From positions 11,844,001 through 11,908,000 of the forward strand of contig NC_087437.1 in assembly GCF_036321535.1 (NCBI RefSeq): a stretch of 64,000 nucleotides of DNA. The letters run 5' to 3'. Below are positions 24,017 to 36,564 of the stretch, one piece after another. Source of the DNA: Camelus dromedarius (lineage: Eukaryota). The first letter of the stretch is position 1, and each line of letters begins with the position of its first letter. The notes under the pieces are model-generated. The model worked only from the letters and a program-made list of their open reading frames with translations, was not told the DNA's origin and did not search any database. Made by a program: the position numbers and the translations under genes.

Positions 24017-24697
24017 GGTTCCTCAAAAAAACTAAAAAATAGACTTACTACCTGATTCAACAATCCCACTCCTGGGCATATATCTAGAGAGAACTCTAAT
24101 TTAAAAATACACATGCACCCCAATGTTCACAGAAGCACTATTTAAGTAAGCCAAGACATGGAAGTAACCTAAATATCCATCTACAAATGACTGGATAAAG
24201 AAGCTGTGGTATATTTATGCCACGGAATACTACTCAGCCATAAAAAAGAATAAAATAATGCCATTTGCAGCAACAGGGGTGGACCTGGAGACCATCATTC
24301 TAAGTGAAGTAAGCAAAAAGAAAGAAAAATACTGTATGATACCACTCACATGTGGAATCTAAAAAAAGAAAAAAGAAGACACTAATGAACTTATTTATTT
24401 GCAAAACAGAAACAGACTCACAGGTATAGTAAACAAACTTTGGTTACCAGGGGAAAGGTGGTGGAAAGGGATAAATTGAGAGTTTGAGATCTGTAAATAC
24501 TAACTACTATATAAAATAGATAAACAACAAGTTTCTACTGTATAGGACAGGTAACCATAATCAATATCTTGTAGCAACCTATAATGAAAAAGAATATGAA
24601 ATGGAATATACATATATGTATGTATGACTGAAACATTGTGCTGTGCACCAGAAATTGTCACATCGTAAGTGACCACCCTTCAATAAAAAAAAAAAAA
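24017..24697 (+). mobile_element. Young-type L1 3' end with poly(A)
   Basis: 'caatcccactcctgggcatatatc...ccatttgcagcaaca...caataaaaaaaaaaaaa', with a degenerate TSD (aagaaagagatctcc / aagaatgagcctcc). Confidence 0.92.
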
Positions 24698-25199
24698 GAA
24701 TGAGCCTCCCAATTCTAGTTGGAAGACGCAAAGAAGGCCTCATGGAGGAGGTGTCAATTTACCTTGAAAGAACTTAATTAATTCGTGACCAGAGTGCACT
24801 CAGCACTTTCCCTTGGGTGTGAATGACGTGCCAGCAGCAAGAGTGAACCACCTGGGAAAACAGCTATCTGTGAAAGCGGAGGAAGAGCACGTGGGTCCCA
24901 GAGGAGGGGAAAGAACTGGGGGAGAGAATCAAAGGGTGTCTGAATACAGGCATGAAGCCTTTGTGTTTCATTGCCTGTCCTAGAGTTTGCCGAGTTACAC
25001 ATTCCTTTGACTTGAGAGGAGAAAAGGTAATTATGTTAGAAAAGGGCCATTCACCTAACGTGTAAATCAAGGGGAAAAAAATTCCTTCCTCTGCAGCCAC
25101 TGGGGCCTTCTGACTCCCACACTGCAGCTGGCTCTGTCTCCGCCCAACCTATTTCTTCTTCCTGCTGAAGTGCCTCCTGCCTCCTCTCTACTTCACTTT

Positions 25200-25520
25200 G
25201 ATAACTTCTGCCTGGCTTTTGGGAACGTCGTTACGTGTCCCCCACTCGGAGCAAGGCTTCCTAACTCTTCAAGATTGAATTAGCTTCTCCCTCAAGCAAG
25301 GGCCCCCACAGTTTCCTCTATGCAATTCCTGATCAGAATAGAATTTCTGGCCACACTGTGTTATAATTGTTGATGTATTTGTCTCTATTGATACACCAGA
25401 TGAGATCTCTCAAGGGAATGTATTTTACTGACTCCTGTTCTCCCATTGTCTGTTGCAGAGTCTGGGATACAGCAGATGCTTTGTAAGTATTTGGTGAATT
25501 AAAGAATGAATGAATAAATA
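25200..25520 (+). mobile_element. L2 3' end
   Basis: Ends 'gtctgggatacagcagatgctttgtaagtatttggtgaattaaagaatgaatgaataaata'. Confidence 0.7.
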
Positions 25521-25664
25521 ATTCAAAGAATAATTGGTAGACTCATGGCCTTCTGAGAACATTCACAATATCTAGTCTAACCAGTCTCGCAAAGATGACA
25601 GTAGGTTGAAAGTAGATTCTTCGATAGAATCGCACAAGGATTACCCGACCCAGTCTACTGTAGG

Positions 25665-26170
25665 TGTGTTAGTTACCTGTTGATGTGTAGCAAATACCTC
25701 CATAATTTAGTGGATTCAAACAAGAATAGCAATTCATTGTTGTGCAATTTCTGTGAATCAGGACTTTGGGAGTCACTTGGTTGGGCGGGTCTAGCAGGGG
25801 TATCAGGAGGTTGCAGTCAGATGGTGACCGTGGTTGCGACATTTGAAGGTTTGACGCAGCTGTTTTCCCAGGTGGTTCACTCTTGCTGCTGGCACGTTGG
25901 TGCTGGCAGGGTGGTTCCTCTCTATTCGGGTATTTTCCTGGGGCTTCTTGAATGTCCTGACTGCACAGTCTCTGAAGTCCCCCAGAGTAAGCAGTCCAGG
26001 AGCCCAAACTGGAAACCGCCAAGCCTTCTATAACCTCATCTTGGAAGTCACACACTTTTGCCATATTCTGTTGAGTAAATCGGGTGGCTGTGATTCGGTG
26101 CGGGAGGGAGCAACACGGGACAGATTACCAGGAAGCGAGGGTCAGTGGGGCCATTCTGGAGGCCTGTTAT
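25665..26170 (-). mobile_element. MaLR LTR (MLT1F-like)
   Basis: 'tgtgttagttacctgttgatgtgtagcaaatacc...ttggaagtcacacacttttgccatattctgttg...ggggccattctggaggc'. Confidence 0.8.
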
Positions 26171-26394
26171 GTGAAGTCTCCCCTCTAAGAGAGGGATCAG
26201 AGCATCTTTTCACTTGGCCAGACCCCAGAGGGGTGTTTGAGAAGGTCATGAAGAGAAGGGTAGGCCCCTGGGAACTGCACACGCGCTGCATGTGGATTGT
26301 TGACAGGCCTGGAATCTTTGACTTATCTTCAACCTTTCACCTGTGTTCCCCCATGCCCTTTGGTAATACAAATAAATTTCCACCACATCCCTCT

Positions 26395-26530
26395 TTGGTG
26401 AATGTTATTTTCCTTATTACAGATGATAAGTTAGGGTCAAAACACAGTCAGGGGAATTGCCCAAGGGTACACCCTATGTCACTGTCAGGATACGGATTGC
26501 AGCTCAAGGCATCTGAATTCCAGGCTTCTG
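26395..26530 (-). mobile_element. MIR SINE fragment
   Basis: 'ttacagatgataagttaggg...ttgcccaagggtacac'. Confidence 0.65.
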
Positions 26531-27739
26531 TTTAGACTGGACCACCTCGGGGGCACCATGAGCTGCAGCGTGTGCTAACTTCTCCGAATTTCCTTTTAAC
26601 TCTACCTAACCCTTGCTGAATCCAGCCCCTTACCACCAGTACACGCACCACCACCCGAATTCAAACGCAGCCCACACAAACACATTCAGACATGCTTAAC
26701 ACACACACATATCTCACCCTTTCCCCAGGTCTTCTGAAAAATCCAAATGTCCCCCTCCTGATAGCCTGGCTCTTGTGCCAGTAGGGGGTCCCGCGGGGGT
26801 ACTTTTCTAGTAAGAACCTCGGCTCCCACATTCAGAATGAGAAAGCTGTAATTTTCATATTGTATCTCCCCGGCAATTGTAAATCAGTCATTTTAAGGAT
26901 GCCTCTCATTCCTGTGTCCCTTCAGGCAGCTCTTATTCCTCTCCGGAAAAAGCAAAGATTTGCTTTATAGCTAACTGCAGGACTGAAATGACATATAAAA
27001 TAGCAACAGCAGGGAACAAATGTGTCCCTAAAGTGGCAATATGGTGCCTTTTTGTGTGTTTTAAAGCTTTGGAGTGAGAGGCAATTTTTCTTTTCAGGCT
27101 TCTATTTGAATAGGTGTTGAAAATTTAGAAAACAATATTAGATGTGTTCAGTAATGGGTCCTGACCTGAGTAGTTGTTCTGCACTACCAGTGGTAGGGAG
27201 ATACGCATATATAAAATAGATTCTAGTATTACTCCGGCCAGCTGCTCTAATGATGTCTGCAGGACAAAGTTAGCAAGCTACTGACAAAGATTCTTCCTTT
27301 ATCAGGTGTGGGTTTTTGTTGCTGTTTATGATATGATACTCTTCCCACCCAAATAGCTGGTGTTTTATGTCATTAATTGAAAAACATAGATTAAAGCCCA
27401 TTTTATTTCCCCCCTTCACCTTTCCTTTTCTTTCTCTCAGTGTAAGAAATAGCCATTCTGACTGCCAAGCTGCGTTTCAATTTTTTCCCTCTTATTTTTG
27501 TCAAATAGGACAACCTAAACATTTCTTTTGAAACAAAGAGCCCCCAAAGCCAAAGTAAGGTCTACATTTCTCCAAACTCCCTATAGTATCAATAAATCCA
27601 AAGGGCTGACAGCACCGGGAGGGGGGAAGTTCTATGCTGAGAAAAAGAGCAAATTGGATCAACTGTGTTGTTCATTATCCTCCATATTAGAAAAGTGCTG
27701 CTGAAGGTTATTTCCTAGAGGGAAGACCCCTGTGTGACC

Positions 27740-28130
27740 TCCTGCCTCACCGCGCCGCCTGTGCGAGTTCGCCCCTCACAACCCAGACTCGCGAGCATTG
27801 TATCAAACAAAGGAAGAAATGCCCGGTATTTTTCCCTTTCCGTCTGTGCCCCTTCTCGCCTCCTCGTTTCCCATTGCTAAATCGGGGTCTTCTGTTCCTT
27901 TCAACATTCAATACATGTAAAACTATAGAAGGATTTTGTTCCCGAAAGTCACCATCCCGCAGTGATCACTGGAAGGAGAGGGCTAGCCACACACCGGGGT
28001 GTTTCATCCCCATCCATGAGATGGGAGAATTTCCCACAAGGCCCGGGGGCATGGCTGCGTGGGGCGGGGCCAAGGCCTCGATTCCCATCCGTCATTGGCC
28101 GCTGACAACCTGGGCAACCTTGGGCTTCTC
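27740..28130. promoter_or_regulatory. CpG-enriched candidate regulatory element with GC box and CCAAT box
   Basis: GGGGCGGGGC at 28061-28070, ATTGG at 28094-28098 and locally retained CpGs. Function is inferred only. Confidence 0.35.
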
Positions 28131-28519
28131 TGCCCAAGCATCTCGTCTAGAAGACGATCTGCTAGCTCCCTTCCATTTCTAAAAGTGTTTCTGACTCTAG
28201 GATGCCAGGCTCATGGATGGCATTTCTAGGAGGAAGGGAGCTTCTCAGGATTGGTGATAATCCATGTGCACAGCGAGAATGGGATTAGAGAAGAGGAAAA
28301 ATGAAGCTTTACAAGTGAGTGGCCTGTGTTGTGATGTAAGGGGACTGACTGTTAATCATATCCTGTCCTCTTACAGATTCTGAACCATAGATGCAGGGGC
28401 CGGGGAATCCAAAGGTCAACCTAATTGCTGGCAACCTTGGATGGAAAACCCGGCTTGTACCTGAGGCTCAAAAGGGCTTCCTCCCCCTCCCTTCCCTGAC
28501 GGCCCCTCCCCCAAGTAAT

Positions 28520-28700
28520 AGTATCTCCCACTGAGCACTTCGTATGTGTTCCAAACCCTCGATAGAGATTAGAAACTCACTTAATTCTCACAGCAAGGCT
28601 TTGCGGTAACTACTGCTCTGATCCTCTTTTAGGGGTGAGAACACTTAGGCACAGATAGGTTGAGTAGGCTGCCCAGGGCCACACAGCTCTTGCAGCAGAA
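28520..28700 (-). mobile_element. MIR SINE
   Basis: 'ctgagcactt...cacttaattctcacagca...aggcacagataggttgagtaggctgcccagggccacacagct'. Confidence 0.75.
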
Positions 28701-29093
28701 TTGGCGTCGGCCACCAGCGCCCCCGTCTGGTCTGGAGCAGGAAAAGCGGAGAACCCGCGGCACTAAGCGGGTCCGGGATGCCGCGCGTGTGAAGGTCTGC
28801 ACGGGGCCTGTCAGGTGCCCTGCGGACGCTTCTCTAACATCACCGGCCAGCTGAGCCACTGTTCCTCTCTGGGCAGGAATGAGTGAGTCGGTGGGAGAGT
28901 TCTTCCCAGGAAATGGATGTTTGTATTTTATGGGCCACGCAGGACCACAGGGAAGAGGGAGGAGATAGCTCACCCTCCAGGGCCAGCATTCCTTCTTCAG
29001 AATACTAAGAAAAGCCAGTGCCACATTCCACCTAGGAGGCCAAGAGGTAAGGCCTTTGCGGGGGGAATCCAGCCCCAAGCAGCAGCTAGCAGA

Positions 29094-29232
29094 ACAGGCT
29101 CCAGGATTTGTGGGGCTCAGAACAGAATGAAAATGCAGGCCCCCTTGCTCAAAATTATTAAGAATTTCAAGATGGTAACAACAGAGCGATAAACCAAGCA
29201 AAGGGCCCCTGTGTCCTGTGCAGGTCACACAC
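29094..29232 (-). mobile_element. hAT-Tip100 MITE, MER45A-like
   Basis: 'aatgaaaatgcaggcccccttgctcaaaattattaagaatttcaagatggtaacaacagagcgataaaccaagc' matches the reverse complement of MER45A. Confidence 0.85.
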
Positions 29233-29334
29233 TCAGTCCTCCACCATAAGTCTAGTACTCTGAGTCATCCTGAAGGTAGAGACTTCTCCCGGAGCCAACG
29301 ACGGCAACATTATGACACCACTTTGATTAACGGG

Positions 29335-29620
29335 AAGCAGTAGCCATGCTTACAGCTGCACAATAGAACCTCCTGGGGAGCTCTTGAAAAATACCACTGA
29401 AGGGGTGGGTACACAGCTCAGTGGTAGAGCACATGCTTAGCATGCATGAGGTCCTGGGTTCCATCCCCAGTATCTCTATTAAAAAAAAATGCTGATACCA
29501 GGATGCCATATGAACCCCACCTTGTACCAGTACTCTCTCTGGGCATAGGGTCCAGGAAATTGGTGCTTTTTAAGAGTTCTCCCAGGTGATTCCAATGTAC
29601 AACAGAGCGAGAAACAGTTC
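29335..29620. mobile_element. MER5-family hAT MITE interrupted by a SINE
   Basis: 'cctggggagctcttgaaaaatac' and 'ttctcccaggtgattccaatgtaca' lie on either side of the SINE. Confidence 0.7.
29402..29489 (+). mobile_element. tRNA-Ala-derived camelid SINE (Vic-1 type)
   Basis: 'cagctcagtggtagagcacatgcttagcatgcatgaggtcctgggttccatccccagta' plus poly(A). Confidence 0.92.
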
Positions 29621-30084
29621 ATTTTGTTTCTAATCAGCTCAAGGTCCTCAGGAAGACATTTTGCTTGTGATTCTAGAATTCTCCTTTTGGAGATCCGTCA
29701 GTCTGAAGTGCTGCATAGGAAGCACCGACACCTGGGCCTGGCAGGTAACAAGTGAGTGAAGAGTGCTGGGAGTAAGGAAGACAGACCCTCAGCAATTGTC
29801 TCGGGAGGCAGCAGAAAGCAGTGGGGAAATGGCGCAAACCCGAGATCCCGGGTGACAACCGAAGAGGGTGACAGCTGCAGCTGGATCCATTGTTGCCATG
29901 AGATGTGTCCCTGGGTGTCCACATCTTGTTCTCCATCAAGGGAAGTTGGACATCCAGATTGTCTAGTGAAGTCCCTCAATGTTTACACGTGCCAATAAAT
30001 TCAAATAAAAAGCAGAACGAGAACAACAAAGAATATACAGTCATCTGATTCTGCCCCACAGATCACTAGCTACTGAATTAAACA

Positions 30085-30510
30085 GCCACAGAATCAGACT
30101 CTTACGCGTTTGAGCTGGAAAATCCTTTCATTTCAAGGATGAGGAAACCGAGGCTCAGAGAAGGGAGGGGACCAATCAGCCCCACCATGAACTCATATCA
30201 AGGGTAGGCGTGGAACACAAGGCTTCTGACCTGTCTCCTTTGTCCTTTATCCCACATTCATCCTATTTGGAGAAGTGCAGAAAGATGCAAAATTCGGTGG
30301 TTCCTCACAGAGCATTTGAGACTGACAGGGTTAGCTCGAAGTTCATCTCACACTGAAGTCATTGTCCTCCCAATCATTTATGGTTTGAATTAATGCAGGG
30401 CTCATGTTTTGGCTGTTTATTTACAGCTATATCCTTAGCATCTACAGCACATGCCTGTCTCACAGCAGATACCCAGTAAGTGTTTGTTGAGTGAGTAAAT
30501 CAGTGAATAT
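30085..30510. mobile_element. MIR fragment (about 30085-30230) and L2 tail (about 30390-30510)
   Basis: 'gatgaggaaaccgaggctcagagaaggga', then 'cagtaagtgtttgttgagtgagtaaat'. Confidence 0.65.
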
Positions 30511-30717
30511 CATAGAAATATACTCTCTGAGTGTCTGTGTGTGTGTTTTTTTTAACCCAGGAATTCCCTGATCAACATAACTACATTATCAGATTACATT
30601 TTAAGCTGCTTGGTTGAATTCACTAAGAAAATAAATCAATGCTATTCTTCCTGACTTGGAGGGAATGACTCATTGCAGAAATAGAAATATTGCTCTAATT
30701 TAAAAGTAGTCAATTCC

Positions 30718-31476
30718 AAACAGTAAATGCTGGAGAGGCTGTGGAGAATAAGGAACCCTCCTACACTGTTGGCAGAAATATAGTTTGGTGCAGCCATTAT
30801 GGAAAACAGCATGGAGATCCTTAAAAAACTAAAAATAGACTTTTCATATGATACAGCAATCCCACTCCCAGGCATATATCCAGAGAGAACTCTAATTTGA
30901 AAGTATACATGCACCCCAATGTTCATAATGCACTATTTACAATAGCTAAGACATAGAAACAACCTAAATGTCCATTGACAGATGACTGGATAAAGAAGTT
31001 GTGGTCTATATATACAATGGAATACTACTAAGCCATAAAAAATAATAAAATTATACCATTTGCAGCAACATGGATGAACCTGGAGATGATCATACTAAGT
31101 GAAGTAAGTCAGACAAAGACAAATGTCATATGATAGCACTTATATGTAGAATCTTTAAAAATGACACAAATGAACTTATTTACAAACCAGAAACAGACTC
31201 ACAGACAGACATAGAAAACAAACTTACAGTTGCCAGGGGGAGGAGGGGTTGGTAGAGGGGTAAATTGGGAGTTCGGGATTTACAGATACTACTATACATA
31301 AACATATAAGCAACAAGTTCCTACTGTATAGTGCAGGGAACTATATTAAATATCTTCTAATAGCCTATAATGAAAAAGAATAGGAAAAGAAAGATATATA
31401 TGTATAGCTGATTAACTATGCTGTACACCAGAAATTAACACAACATTGTAAATCGACTATACTTCAATAAAAAAAA
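30718..31476 (+). mobile_element. Young-type L1 3' end with poly(A)
   Basis: 'aaatgctggagaggctgtggagaataaggaaccctcctacactgttgg...gactatacttcaataaaaaaaa'. Confidence 0.93.
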
Positions 31477-32634
31477 GTATGTTCCCTTGCCTTCTAGTTC
31501 TGTCCCAGGGCTCACGTGCTTCACACGTTCAGGACTTTTAAATTGGCCTGCTCCAAATAAACTAGGTTTCAAAGCTAATTTAAGTGAAGGCACAGGTTTT
31601 CCTAGTATCTTATTTACTTGTCCAGATATGAGTAATAATAAACTTAAAGGGCAGCTGACAGTTTTTCAAAATGTTTTGCACGTCAGACGGGATCTGAGCC
31701 TCAGGCCAGCTCTGTGAAGTTGGAGTGCAGCAGACGTCACTCACCATTCCAGCTTTCCAGGTGGGGACCTGAGGCTTCCTGGGACTTTTCACTGACTGAG
31801 GGTCCCCATGATGAAAAATGGTGGAGTCGGTCCCTGGAGTCCAGGTTGAGGCTTTGAGAATTACTCGACACACCAGGTTGTGATGGAGAAGGAATCTGAT
31901 TGGCTTGTGGATCCCCAGAAGGAATCATCCAAGCCAGGCAAGACTGCGGGTGTGGACTTCCAGGGACACAGAGTGGGTGACATCCGCCAGGGATGGTTTG
32001 TGTTTGGAGGAAGGGGCTTGCTTGCTGAGGGCTCATTCCCCCTGGGCTCTGATTCTCAGAAGGGACTGTGATGACAGAGGGGAAACATGAAAGCTAGGCG
32101 ATCTGGTTGGAGGCTGGTCTTGTGGAAAGAAGTGGGTGTTAGGGAAATCCAGGCTGTAGAGTTCGTGGCTAATACAAAAGGAATTTATGAAAGAGGAATA
32201 TTCAAACAAACAAGCAATTAAAAAATAAGCATTTACTGACTTACCCTGACTGCCCTGGTCTGGTTAGCCACGGGGCTTCTTTGGATGATTTTATTAGCTC
32301 TGAAACAGTCAAATATTGACCTACAAAAATAGCAATTTCATAGCTCCTCTCTAATATTTTTGGCATACTATGAATTTTATTATAGAGAGCTGAAGTTCTG
32401 TTTTTCTTTCTTTCTTGATCCACTCTCAGAAGACATAGGAAGGGATTTATGGGTCTTCAAGGGCCAGTAATGGATTAAGAAGAGGAACCATGAAGCAATG
32501 CTGGGAAGGGGTGTCAGGGGGATGAGGGAAGGAAGCCCTTCTTAATATTAATCGATAACTTTTTATGCTGTATTCCCCTACCTGAGTAAATAAATACACT
32601 GACTGCTGGGGGCCTGGAGAATAGTCACAGTCAC

Positions 32635-32830
32635 AGCACCTGCAGTGCGTGTAGAGCCCCTATGGAGTGCCAGACCTTCTCCTAAGAATGTTTCATATAT
32701 GATCTCATGTGCCCCACAAAAGCCCATTTTACAGAGAAACTAGGCTCAGAGGGGTTTAGTAACTGGCCCAAGGTCACACAGCTCATAAGCAGAAGGGCAG
32801 CATCTGTCTGAATTCAGAGGCTGCCCTCCC
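32635..32830 (-). mobile_element. MIR SINE
   Basis: 'cccattttacagagaaactaggctcagaggggtttagtaactggcccaaggtcacacagct'. Confidence 0.8.
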
Positions 32831-33489
32831 TGGTTACATGACGTAGACACCCAAAGGTAGTGTTCACTCTGCACTCAAATGCTCAGGGAGCCCCCTGTGG
32901 ACCGAGCCCTGCATTAGGTGCCAGACGGAGGCTGTTATATTGATCTCAGCCACTTGATGTGGGGTTTTCAATCTATGTATCAGTTAGTGAACACTCCTTG
33001 GGTGATTTCTGTCTCCTACTATCTGCTTTTCTCAATGTCATCACAAGGCAGGTAAACTTAGGCTTTTCAACCCGCGCCAGGGAGACAGGGTTAGGAAGGA
33101 AGACGTGTAGAGAAATGGAGAAGCTGAGAGAAGAAGGCCAGAGGCTTGCATTTTCCTGGAGTCACCTTGAGACTGAAGCTTCTCCTGGGAGGAGAGCTTT
33201 GAAGAGGCCCCCTGGCCACTGTCCCCATCAGAGGAAGTTGAAGAGGTCAGACAGATTGGGACACATGTGCAAACTGTTAAGACCAGAGGCACCAGACCTG
33301 AGGCCTTTTGCAGACTTGGATGTGGATTGGGAAATTAGCAAGGCTTCTTCCTAATTGAGCCATTTAATACTCAGTGAAGTTCAATGTCAGTGTCATTTTT
33401 GGACTTATGACTGTCATAAGGCTGATTGCTTTTGGAGGATAATGGTCATGAGTAAACCTTAGAACCACATTCATTACCGAATGTCTAGT

Positions 33490-34005
33490 AATCATAAGAG
33501 CCAGCATTTATGGAATATCCACTCTTGCCTAAGTCCTTTAGTTACATGTCCCCATGCCCCTGCCTGAAAAGAGACATCATTACCCCTTTTTAAACTTGAT
33601 AAAATGAAATCACAGAGGTTTAGGAACCTTCAATGGTTTGCTCACAGGTATCCGGGGATAAGGTCATCCTTTGAACCCATGCCTGCCCAACTCTTAGGCC
33701 TGTGCCTGGGAGTTTTGTCTGATTGGCCCGATCTGCCTTATCTGGCCTCTGTTAAGGACCAGAGCGGGTAGAAGCCACCGAGTCTGACATACAGCTTGCC
33801 CTTGAGATGGTAGCAAAAGCTTCCGGAAAGGAGATGAACAGCTTAGTGCTGGCTCTGAGTGTGACTCGTCGATGATGAATTTGGCCAAGTTCCTTAGCTG
33901 TCCTAAGCCTCAGTTTCCTTATTTGAAAAATGGACATAGTACAGTTACCTCCTTGCTAGGGCAAGGAGTGTTGAATGAGGAGTCCCTTCGAGGATGCTAT
34001 TGTAT
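33490..34005. mobile_element. Two MIR fragments (minus about 33490-33690; plus about 33840-34005)
   Basis: 'agcatttatggaat...tttgaacccatg' and 'aagcctcagtttccttatttgaaaaatgg'. Confidence 0.65.
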
Positions 34006-34059
34006 CAGAATAAACACCAAGATGCCTCACCCAGGCTTCCGCCACCTCCTGCCCACACC

Positions 34060-34605
34060 TCTCCATGTAGACCCATTGTGCTGGGGTCTGAATGAACCCT
34101 GGTCCCTCTAGCCCCAGGGCCTTTGCATGCACGATTTCGTAAAATTCTTTTTTTTGGGGGGGGTGATGATAGTTAGTTTTATTTATTTATTTTTTCATGG
34201 AGGAATTGGGGATTGAACCCAGGACATCATGCATGCTAAGCACTCACTCTAACCACTGAGTTATACCCTCCCCACTGCATGCGTGATTTATCTGCCTGCA
34301 ATACTCTTCCTCCTGCCCCCTCAAAGGTTGCTTTTTCAGGAATTCTTCCTTTCCTGCCATCCAGGTTAGATAAATCCCCTTTCTAAGCTCTACTAACTCC
34401 CTACAATTTTTCTTCATAGCCCTTAGCATAGTTTTTACACATATGTAAGATGCATATCTTTCCCAGTCAGAGTGGGGCTTTTCCCAACTAGACTAAACTT
34501 TGTAATGGCTGGGCCTCTTTTGTTCATGACGACATCCCTCACATGTATGCAGCAGTGTTAGACATACGTTTACTGAATGAATGAATGAATGAATGAATGA
34601 ATAAA
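34060..34605 (+). mobile_element. L2 3' region with (TGAA)n tail, interrupted by a SINE
   Basis: 'ccagggcctttgcatg...ctgcctgcaatactcttcc', ending in (TGAA)n at about 34574-34602. Confidence 0.75.
34138..34275 (-). mobile_element. tRNA-Ala-derived camelid SINE (Vic-1 type) with TSD
   Basis: 'ggggattgaacccaggac...aaccactgagttataccctcccc'. TSD tgcatgcacgattt (34124-34137) and tgcatgcgtgattt (34276-34289). Confidence 0.92.
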
Positions 34606-34739
34606 AAGTACTGTGTCTGGCACATGGAAAACCTTCAATAAATACAAGGTATTGCCACTCCTGTTATATAAAGTACCAATAATCAATTCAAGAGTTATAT
34701 AAAAACACTGATTGACAATACAATGGTGGCATTAGACAG

Positions 34740-35025
34740 TGTATCAGTTATTTATTGCTGCGGTAATAGTGAGTAACGAATGACAAAAAGTCAGTGGCTC
34801 AAACCATATGCAGTGACGGAAAATCTGCAGGTCATTTGGGTTGTTCCTCTGGTCCCACCGCAGGTACTGGTGGCTTTTGGCTTTATTGATCTTGGCTGAG
34901 CTCTCTCACGTGTAGGGAGGGGAGTCAGCTATCAGAGGTGGCAGAGGCTGAGACAGCCAGGGCCACTCCCCTCTGCTCTGGGTGTTCCTCCTCCAGCTGG
35001 CCGGCCGGAGTGTGCTGTCACAGTG
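34740..35025 (-). mobile_element. Old MaLR LTR fragment (MLT1H/J-like)
   Basis: 'tgtatcagttatttattgctgcggtaat...gtcagtggctcaaac'. Confidence 0.65.
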
Positions 35026-36291
35026 TTCTCTGCTCCAGCTCTGAAACGTATTGCATTGACTTTAGGGAAGGACCAGTACAGGAAGAAGAGGAACTCTAGT
35101 TGGGCACAGTAGATTTCTTCCCTCAAGTTTGTGCTTTAGGCCTGTTATCCAGCTGCCGCTGATTACAAGCTACAATGATAAAGGACAGAATAAGTTCTGA
35201 TCTACTAAAGAAGGGAAGGTGTATTCTCTGATTTTCCTGATGGCTCCTCCCTTTGGGCAGCAACTTCCCCTTTGAATTCACTGGGGCCACTGAGCAGGGC
35301 AGAAACAGTTCTCTCTGAGCTTCTGACACAGTCTGAGACATGATGGATTCTTGGTTTTCATAAAAACACTGAGGGTCAAATTGTCAGGCCTGTGTCAATG
35401 GGCAGCAGCCCCTAGGAGCCCACACTCAAGTGCATGGTGGTTACATGGGCAACGATGTCTTAAACTACTAAATGGCTGAAATAGTTAAGATGTTAAAACA
35501 ACTGAAATAAGTTGCCTGATTCATTACACATGTTCAGCTGACAGATTCCATCCAGCCAAACAGGCCACCCCAGGAGCACCCCGATCAGACACGGGGGAAA
35601 AGAGAATATTCTCTGACAGAGCCCTGATTTTGAACTGTGGCCGTGACCCATTCCTTGGGCTCAGTCTACGTAGTTCTTACCTGCTGAAGCCTAACCTCAC
35701 TCTTTCTTCTACGTTCACCCATTTTTCTCTCTGTGGAACAGAAGTGGTTTCTAGTCCCCTGCGGTAACACACGTCACTGTCCAATTCAACCCACAGGGCC
35801 ATCGTCACACATACATTTATCTCTGCCTGTGCTTTCTTCGTCCCCTTGCCCAGGGCCTGGAACACCCACAGAGTCTGTAGCCATGGCAACCAGTCAGGCG
35901 CCTGGGACTGCAATTCCATCCCTCAGGTTCCCCAGGACCTCCCACTTGTTGGGACAGTTCGTTATTTCTCTCTGAACTCTTTGAAGACACTCTTTCCGAT
36001 TTCCATCTAATAGACAATACCTAATTTCCTACACCTTGCGACTCATCTTGCTGAATATTATCTTCCATATCATTCGGTTGGGCCTTCAGCCAGCATCTTT
36101 CCTGGTCTAACTTAAGACCAAGGTGCCTCTCACTTTGCCCCTTCGACTGTTGCCAGCAAGATCTTCTCAGGGTACTTTGTGGTCATGCTAGAAAAGACAG
36201 TGGGTTAGAGAATTGCAAATACCATTTCAAGTACTAGAATGGTAAGCATTTAATGGTAAACACATGTGTGTTGGTGATTACACCAAACTAA

Positions 36292-36564
36292 CTTTTATTT
36301 TTTTGAAGTATAGTTGATTGACAATATTACATTAGTTTCAAGTGTAGAACATATTGATTCAATATTTTTTTAGTTATACTCCATTTAAAGTTATTATAAA
36401 ATATTGGCTGTATTCTCTATGTTGTATGGTATATCCTTTTATCTTATTTATTTTATACATAGTAGTCTGTACCTCTTAATCACCTACCTCTATTTTGCCC
36501 CTCCCCCATCCCTCTGCTCACTGGTAACCACTAATTTGTTCTCTCTATCTGTGACTCTGTTTCT
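36292..36564 (-). mobile_element. Short L1 3'UTR insertion
   Basis: 'tttgaagtatagttgattgacaatatt...ctggtaaccactaatttgttctctctatctgtga', flanked by ccaaact...tttta-like direct repeats. Confidence 0.88.

Noticed and set aside
25897..26535. Longest ORF (212 aa)
   Set aside because: Non-ATG start, spans an MLT1 LTR and a MIR, and has no recognisable domain.
28629..29228. 199-aa minus-strand ORF
   Set aside because: Begins in MER45A and ends in a MIR. It is a GC-rich chance ORF with no recognisable homology.
17451..34275. Four tRNA-Ala-like sequences (17451, 17572, 29402, 34138-34275) as tRNA genes
   Set aside because: They have A-rich tails, TSD-like flanks, stem-disrupting mutations and a 5' GGGGAGGG extension, so they are SINEs.
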